64,000 bases of DNA from Auanema rhodensis (lineage: Eukaryota; Animalia; Nematoda), in contig CAXKVF010000077.1 in assembly GCA_964057225.1 (NCBI GenBank), positions 744,001 to 808,000 on the forward strand, read 5' to 3'. The notes beneath the pieces are model-generated. The model was not told the origin of the DNA. It ran no database searches and saw nothing but the letters and a program-made list of their open reading frames with translations. The first letter of the stretch is position 1. Each line of letters starts with the position of its first letter. Both the position numbers and the translations under genes were made by a program. Below, piece by piece: positions 56,672 to 64,000 of the stretch.

Positions 56672-59600
56672 GGGGAATCTAATTTTGAAAACCGCATCTC
56701 TTTATCTTTCACGTGAAGCGAGTTACATACCAAGTGCACATCACGTGTACATTTAATTAGCATAAATTAAAGTTCACGTAAATTTCAAAGTCATGGTTAC
56801 CATGAACCAATATCAATAAAAATTTGTTTTTAGACTAATATGGACATGGGGAATCTAATTTTGAAAACCGCATCTCTTTATCTTTCACGTGAAGCGAGTT
56901 ACATACCAAGTGCACATCACGTGTACATTTAATTAGCATAAATTAAAGTTCACGTAAATTTCAAAGTCATGGTTACCATGAACGAATATCAATAAAAATT
57001 TGTTTTTAGACTAATATGGACATGGGGAATCTAATTTTGAAAACCGCATCTCTTTATCTTTCACGTGAAGCGAGTTACATACCAAGTGCATATCACGTGT
57101 ACATTTAATTAACATAAATTAAAGTTCACGTAAATTTCAAAGTCATGGTTACCATGAAGCAATATCAATAAAAATTTGTTTTTAGACTAATATGGACATG
57201 GGGAATCTAATTATGAAAACCGCATCTCTTTATCTTTCACGTGAAGCGAGTTACATACCAAGTGCACATCACGTGTACATTTAATAAGAATAAATTAAAG
57301 TTCACGTAAATTTCAAAGTCATGGTTACCATGAACCAATATCAATAAAAATTTGTTTTTAGACTAATATGGACATGGGGAATCTAATTTTGAAAACTGCA
57401 TCTCTTTATCTTTCACGTGAAGCGAGTTACATACCAAGTGCACATCACGTGTACATTTAATTAGCATAAATTAAAGTTCACGTAAATTTCAAAGTCATGG
57501 TTACCATGCACCAATATCAATAAAAATTTGTTTTTAGACTAATATGGACATGGGGAATCTAATTTTGAAAACCGCATCTCTTTATCTTTCACGTGAAGCG
57601 AGTTACATACCAAGTGCACATCACGTGTACATTTAATTAGCATAAATTAAAGTTCACGTAAATTTCAAAGTCATGGTTACCATGCACCAATATCAATAAA
57701 AATTTGTTTTTAGACTAATATGGACATGGGAAATCTAATTTTGAAAACCGCATCTCTTTATCTTTCACGTGAAGCGAGTTACATACCAAGTGCACATCAC
57801 GTGTACATTTAATTAGCATAAATTAAAGTTCACGTAAATTTCAAAGTCATGGTTACCATGAAGCAATATCAATAAAAATTTGTTTTTAGACTAATATGGA
57901 CATGGGGAATCTAATTTTGAAAACCGCATCTCTTTATCTTTCACGTGAAGCGAGTTACATACCAAGTGCACATCACGTGTACATTTAATTAGCATAAATT
58001 AAAGTTCACGTAAATTTCAAAGTCATGGTTACCATGAACCAATATCAATAAAAATTTGTTTTTAGACTAATATGGACATGGGGAATCTAATTTTGAAAAC
58101 CGCATCTCTTTATCTTTCACGTGAAGCGAGTTACATACCAAGTGCACATCACGTGTACATTTAATTAGCATAAATTAAAGTTCACGTAAATTTCAAAGTC
58201 ATGGTTACCATGAACGAATATCAATAAAAATTTGTTTTTAGACTAATATGGACATGGGGAATCTAATTTTGAAAACCGCATCTCTTTATCTTTCACGTGA
58301 AGCGAGTTACATACCAAGTGCATATCACGTGTACATTTAATTAACATAAATTAAAGTTCACGTAAATTTCAAAGTCATGGTTACCATGAAGCAATATCAA
58401 TAAAAATTTGTTTTTAGACTAATATGGACATGGGGAATCTAATTATGAAAACCGCATCTCTTTATCTTTCACGTGAAGCGAGTTACATACCAAGTGCACA
58501 TCACGTGTACATTTAATAAGAATAAATTAAAGTTCACGTAAATTTCAAAGTCATGGTTACCATGAACCAATATCAATAAAAATTTGTTTTTAGACTAATA
58601 TGGACATGGGGAATCTAATTTTGAAAACCGCATCTCTTTATCTTTCACGTGAAGCGAGTTACATACCAAGTGCACATCACGTGTACATTTAATTAGCATA
58701 AATTAAAGTTCACGTAAATTTCAAAGTCATGGTTACCATGCACCAATATCAATAAAAATTTGTTTTTAGACTAATATGGACATGGGGAATCTAATTTTGA
58801 AAACCGCATCTCTTTATCTTTCACGTGAAGCGAGTTACATACCAAGTGCACATCACGTGTACATTTAATTAGCATAAATTAAAGTTCACGTAAATTTCAA
58901 AGTCATGGTTACCATGCACCAATATCAATAAAAATTTGTTTTTAGACTAATATGGACATGGGAAATCTAATTTTGAAAACCGCATCTCTTTATCTTTCAC
59001 GTGAAGCGAGTTACATACCAAGTGCACATCACGTGTACATTTAATTAGCATAAATTAAAGTTCACGTAAATTTCAAAGTCATGGTTACCATGAAGCAATA
59101 TCAATAAAAATTTGTTTTTAGACTAATATGGACATGGGGAATCTAATTTTGAAAACCGCATCTCTTTATCTTTCACGTGAAGCGAGTTACATACCAAGTG
59201 CACATCACGTGTACATTTAATTAGCATAAATTAAAGTTCACGTAAATTTCAAAGTCATGGTTACCATGAACCAATATCAATAAAAATTTGTTTTTAGACT
59301 AATATGGACATGGGGAATCTAATTTTGAAAACCGCATCTCTTTATCTTTCACGTGAAGCGAGTTACATACCAAGTGCACATCACGTGTACATTTAATTAG
59401 CATAAATTAAAGTTCACGTAAATTTCAAAGTCATGGTTACCATGAACGAATATCAATAAAAATTTGTTTTTAGACTAATATGGACATGGGGAATCTAATT
59501 TTGAAAACCGCATCTCTTTATCTTTCACGTGAAGCGAGTTACATACCAAGTGCATATCACGTGTACATTTAATTAACATAAATTAAAGTTCACGTAAATT

Positions 59601-59839
59601 TCAAAGTCATGGTTACCATGAAGCAATATCAATAAAAATTTGTTTTTAGACTAATATGGACATGGGGAATCTAATTTTGAAAACCGCATCTCTTTATCTT
59701 TCACGTGAAGCGAGTTACATACCAAGTGCACATCACGTGTACATTTAATAAGAATAAATTAAAGTTCACGTAAATTTCAAAGTCATGGTTACCATGAACC
59801 AATATCAATAAAAATTTGTTTTTAGACTAATATGGACAT
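56672..59839. repeat. 7-monomer (1232-bp) higher-order repeat, ~2.6 copies (M323-M340)
   Basis: [AAC][137G][68T+89A+AAG][87A90A, with 14A in the first two copies][CAC][CAC][4A+AAG]; the 137G monomers start at 56848, 58080 and 59312. Confidence 0.9.
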
Positions 59840-62800
59840 GGGGAATCTAATTTTGAAAACCGCATCTCTTTATCTTTCACGTGAAGCGAGTTACATACCA
59901 AGTGCACATCACGTGTACATTTAATTAGCATAAATTAAAGTTCACGTAAATTTCAAAGTCATGGTTACCATGAACCAATATCAATAAAAATTTGTTTTTA
60001 GACTAATATGGACATGGGGAATCTAATTTTGAAAACCGCATCTCTTTATCTTTCACGTGAAGCGAGTTACATACCAAGTGCACATCACGTGTACATTTAA
60101 TTAGCATAAATTAAAGTTCACGTAAAATTCAAAGTCATGGTTACCATGCACCAATATCAATAAAAATTTGTTTTTAGACTAATATGGACATGGGGAATCT
60201 AATTTTGAAAATCGCATCTCTTTATCTTTCACGTGAAGCGAGTTACATACCAAGTGCACATCACGTGTACATTTAATTAGCATAAATTAAAGTTCACGTA
60301 AATTTCAAAGTCATGGTTACCATGAACCAATATCAATAAAAATTTGTTTTTAGACTAATATGGACATGGGGAATCTAATTTTGAAAACCGCATCTCTTTA
60401 TCTTTCACGTGAAGCGAGTTACATACCAAGTGCACATCACGTGTACATTTAATTAGCATAAATTAAAGTTCACGTAAATTTCAAAGTCATGGTTACCATG
60501 CACCAATATCAATAAAAATTTGTTTTTAGACTAATATGGACATGGGGAATCTAATTTTGAAAACCGCATCTCTTTATCTTTCACGTGAAGCGAGTTACAT
60601 ACCAAGTGCACATCACGTGTACATTTAATTAGCATAAATTAAAGTTCACGTAAATTTCAAAGTCATGGTTACCATGAACCAATATCAATAAAAATTTGTT
60701 TTTAGACTAATATGGACATGGGGAATCTAATTTTGAAAACCGCATCTCTTTATCTTTCACGTGAAGCGAGTTACATACCAAGTGCACATCACGTGTACAT
60801 TTAATTAGCATAAATTAAAGTTCACGTAAATTTCAAAGTCATGGTTACCATGCACCAATATCAATAAAAATTTGTTTTTAGACTAATATGGACATGGGGA
60901 ATCTAATTTTGAAAACCGCATCTCTTTATCTTTCACGTGAAGCGAGTTACATACCAAGTGCACATCACGTGTACATTTAATTAGCATAAATTAAAGTTCA
61001 CGTAAATTTCAAAGTCATGGTTACCATGAACCAATATCAATAAAAATTTGTTTTTAGACTAATATGGACATGGGGAATCTAATTTTGAAAACCGCATCTC
61101 TTTATCTTTCACGTGAAGCGAGTTACATACCAAGTGCACATCACGTGTACATTTAATTAGCATAAATTAAAGTTCACGTAAATTTCAAAGTCATGGTTAC
61201 CATGAACCAATATCAATAAAAATTTGTTTTTAGACTAATATGGACATGGGGAATCTAATTTTGAAAACCGCATCTCTTTATCTTTCACGTGAAGCGAGTT
61301 ACATACCAAGTGCACATCACGTGTACATTTAATTAGCATAAATTAAAGTTCACGTAAATTTCAAAGTCATGGTTACCATGAACCAATATCAATAAAAATT
61401 TGTTTTTAGATTAATATGGACATGGGGAATCTAATTTTGAAAACCGCATCTCTTTATCTTTCACGTGAAGCGAGTTACATACCAAGTGCACATCACGTGT
61501 ACATTTAATTAGCATAAATTAAAGTTCACGTAAATTTCAAAGTCATGGTTACCATTAACCAATATCAATAAAAATTTGTTTTTAGACTAATATGGACATG
61601 GGGAATCTAATTTTGAAAACCGCATCTCTTTATCTTTCACGTGAAGCGAGTTACATACCAAGTGCACATCACGTGTACATTTAATAAGAATAAATTAAAG
61701 TTCACGTAAATTTCAAAGTCATGGTTACCATGAACCAATATCAATAAAAATTTGTTTTTAGACTAATATGGACATGGGGAATCTAATTTTGAAAACCGCA
61801 TCTCTTTATCTTTCACGTGAAGCGAGTTACATACCAAGTGCACATCACGTGTACATTTAATTAGCATAAATTAAAGTTCACGTAAATTTCAAAGTCATGG
61901 TTACCATGAACCAATATCAATAAAAATTTGTTTTTAGACTAATATGGACATGGGGAATCTAATTTTGAAAACCGCATCTCTTTATCTTTCACGTGAAGCG
62001 AGTTACATACCAAGTGCACATCACGTGTACATTTAATTAGCATAAATTAAAGTTCACGTAAAATTCAAAGTCATGGTTACCATGCACCAATATCAATAAA
62101 AATTTGTTTTTAGACTAATATGGACATGGGGAATCTAATTTTGAAAACCGCATCTCTTTATCTTTCACGTGAAGCGAGTTACATACCAAGTGCACATCAC
62201 GTGTACATTTAATTAGCATAAATTAAAGTTCACGTAAATTTCAAAGTCATGGTTACCATGAACCAATATCAATAAAAATTTGTTTTTAGACTAATATGGA
62301 CATGGGGAATCTAATTTTGAAAACCGCATCTCTTTATCTTTCACGTGAAGCGAGTTACATACCAAGTGCACATCACGTGTACATTTAATTAGCATAAATT
62401 AAAGTTCACGTAAATTTCAAAGTCATGGTTACCATGAAGCAATATCAATAAAAATTTGTTTTTAGACTAATATGGACATGGGGAATCTAATTTTGAAAAC
62501 CGCATCTCTTTATCTTTCACGTGAAGCGAGTTACATACCAAGTGCACATCACGTGTACATTTAATTAGCATAAATTAAAGTTCACGTAAATTTCAAAGTC
62601 ATGGTTACCATGAAGCAATATCAATAAAAATTTGTTTTTAGACTAATATGGACATGGGGAATCTAATTTTGAAAACCGCATCTCTTTATCTTTCACGTGA
62701 AGCGAGTTACATACCAAGTGCACATCACGTGTACATTTAATTAGCATAAATTAAAGTTCACGTAAATTTCAAAGTCATGGTTACCATGAACCAATATCAA

Positions 62801-64000
62801 TAAAAATTTGTTTTTAGACTAATATGGACATGGGGAATCTAATTTTGAAAACCGCATCTCTTTATCTTTCACGTGAAGCGAGTTACATACCAAGTGCACA
62901 TCACGTGTACATTTAATTAGCATAAATTAAAGTTCACGTAAATTTCAAAGTCATGGTTACCATGAACCAATATCAATAAAAATTTGTTTTTAGACTAATA
63001 TGGACATGGGGAATCTAATTTTGAAAACCGCATCTCTTTATCTTTCACGTGAAGCGAGTTACATACCAAGTGCACATCACGTGTACATTTAATTAGCATA
63101 AATTAAAGTTCACGTAAATTTCAAAGTCATGGTTACCATGAACCAATATCAATAAAAATTTGTTTTTAGACTAATATGGACATGGGGAATCTAATTTTGA
63201 AAACCGCATCTCTTTATCTTTCACGTGAAGCGAGTTACATACCAAGTGCACATCACGTGTACATTTAATTAGCATAAATTAAAGTTCACGTAAATTTCAA
63301 AGTCATGGTTACCATGCACCAATATCAATAAAAAATTGTTTTTAGACTAATATGGACATGGGGAATCTAATTTTGAAAACCGCATCTCTTTATCTTTCAC
63401 GTGAAGCGAGTTACATACCAAGTGCACATCACGTGTACATTTAATTAGCATAAATTAAAGTTCACGTAAATTTCAAAGTCATGGTTACCATGAACCAATA
63501 TCAATAAAAATTTGTTTTTAGATTAATATGGACATGGGGAATCTAATTTTGAAAACCGCATCTCTTTATCTTTCACGTGAAGCGAGTTACATACCAAGTG
63601 CACATCACGTGTACATTTAATTAGCATAAATTAAAGTTCACGTAAATTTCAAAGTCATGGTTACCATGAACCAATATCAATAAAAATTTGTTTTTAGACT
63701 AATATGGACATGGGGAATCTAATTTTGAAAACCGCATCTCTTTATCTTTCACGTGAAGCGAGTTACATACCAAGTGCACATCACGTGTACATTTAATTAG
63801 CATAAATTAAAGTTCACGTAAATTTCAAAGTCATGGTTACCATGCACCAATATCAATAAAAAATTGTTTTTAGACTAATATGGACATGGGGAATCTAATT
63901 TTGAAAACCGCATCTCTTTATCTTTCACGTGAAGCGAGTTACATACCAAGTGCACATCACGTGTACATTTAATTAGCATAAATTAAAGTTCACGTAAATT

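Larger units (their letters stand above)
1..64000. repeat. Tandem satellite DNA array, 176-bp monomer, ~363.6 copies, head-to-tail, highly homogeneous (candidate centromeric/pericentromeric satellite; family not recognised)
   Basis: GGGGAATCTAATTTTG recurs at 1, 177, 353 ... 2641, 5281 (exact 176-bp period) up to 55089. The register then shifts by -1 (55264 ... 63888). About 57/176 G+C. The array runs off both window ends. Confidence 0.99.

Noticed and set aside
1-64000. CRISPR array or other repeat-spacer system
   Set aside because: The whole 176-bp unit is repeated; there are no unique spacers, leader or cas genes. Variation is limited to SNPs.
1-64000. Identity with known satellites of similar length (Brassica CentBr 176 bp, Arabidopsis CEN178, honeybee AluI 176 bp, primate alpha satellite)
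   Set aside because: Only the length is similar. The consensus has no HindIII (AAGCTT) or AluI (AGCT) site and no CENP-B box (NTTCGNNNNANNCGGGN), and does not resemble those sequences as I recall them. A database search is needed to be certain.
1-64000. Tandem RNA gene cluster (5S rRNA, tRNA, snRNA or spliced-leader)
   Set aside because: No recognisable 5S/tRNA sequence, cloverleaf or Pol III A/B/C boxes; the monomer is too AT-rich and lacks extended stems.
1-64000. A single regular higher-order repeat across the window
   Set aside because: Periods change locally (2, 3, 4, 5, 6, 7, 8, 9, 11, 18, 45-47 monomers) and none persists beyond about three copies.
1-64000. Embedded transposon, inversion or foreign insert
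   Set aside because: The 176-bp register is unbroken apart from one 1-bp deletion, leaving no room for an insertion, and no reverse-orientation monomers were seen.

Overview
The whole 64-kb window is one uninterrupted head-to-tail tandem array of a 176-bp, ~32% GC satellite monomer: 363 full copies plus a 113-bp partial. All copies are on one strand, with no insertion, inversion or unique sequence. Consensus: GGGGAATCTAATTTTGAAAACCGCATCTCTTTATCTTTCACGTGAAGCGAGTTACATACCAAGTGCACATCACGTGTACATTTAATTAGCATAAATTAAAGTTCACGTAAATTTCAAAGTCATGGTTACCATG[AAC/CAC/AAG]CAATATCAATAAAAATTTGTTTTTAGACTAATATGGACAT. Most monomers differ from consensus by only 0-3 substitutions, and I saw just one indel (a 175-bp monomer at 55089-55263). 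Length and homogeneity fit a eukaryotic, possibly centromeric, satellite; I do not recognise the family or the organism. There are no genes, RNA genes, CRISPR arrays or mobile elements, and the eight 60-aa ORFs are artefacts of SNPs that remove a minus-strand stop. I found no evidence of a new coding system. The hidden structure is in the SNP pattern, which I read by eye monomer by monomer. It shows regional variant domains, many local higher-order duplications with changing periods (2-9 monomers), and ~8-kb-offset block duplications. It also shows recombinant monomers, one three-state site segregating along the entire array, and a monomer rich in dyad symmetries with three TCACGT motifs 32-33 bp apart. 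Notation: Mn is monomer n, starting at 176(n-1)+1 (subtract 1 from M315 onward); pN is a position within the monomer. All counts are manual and approximate.
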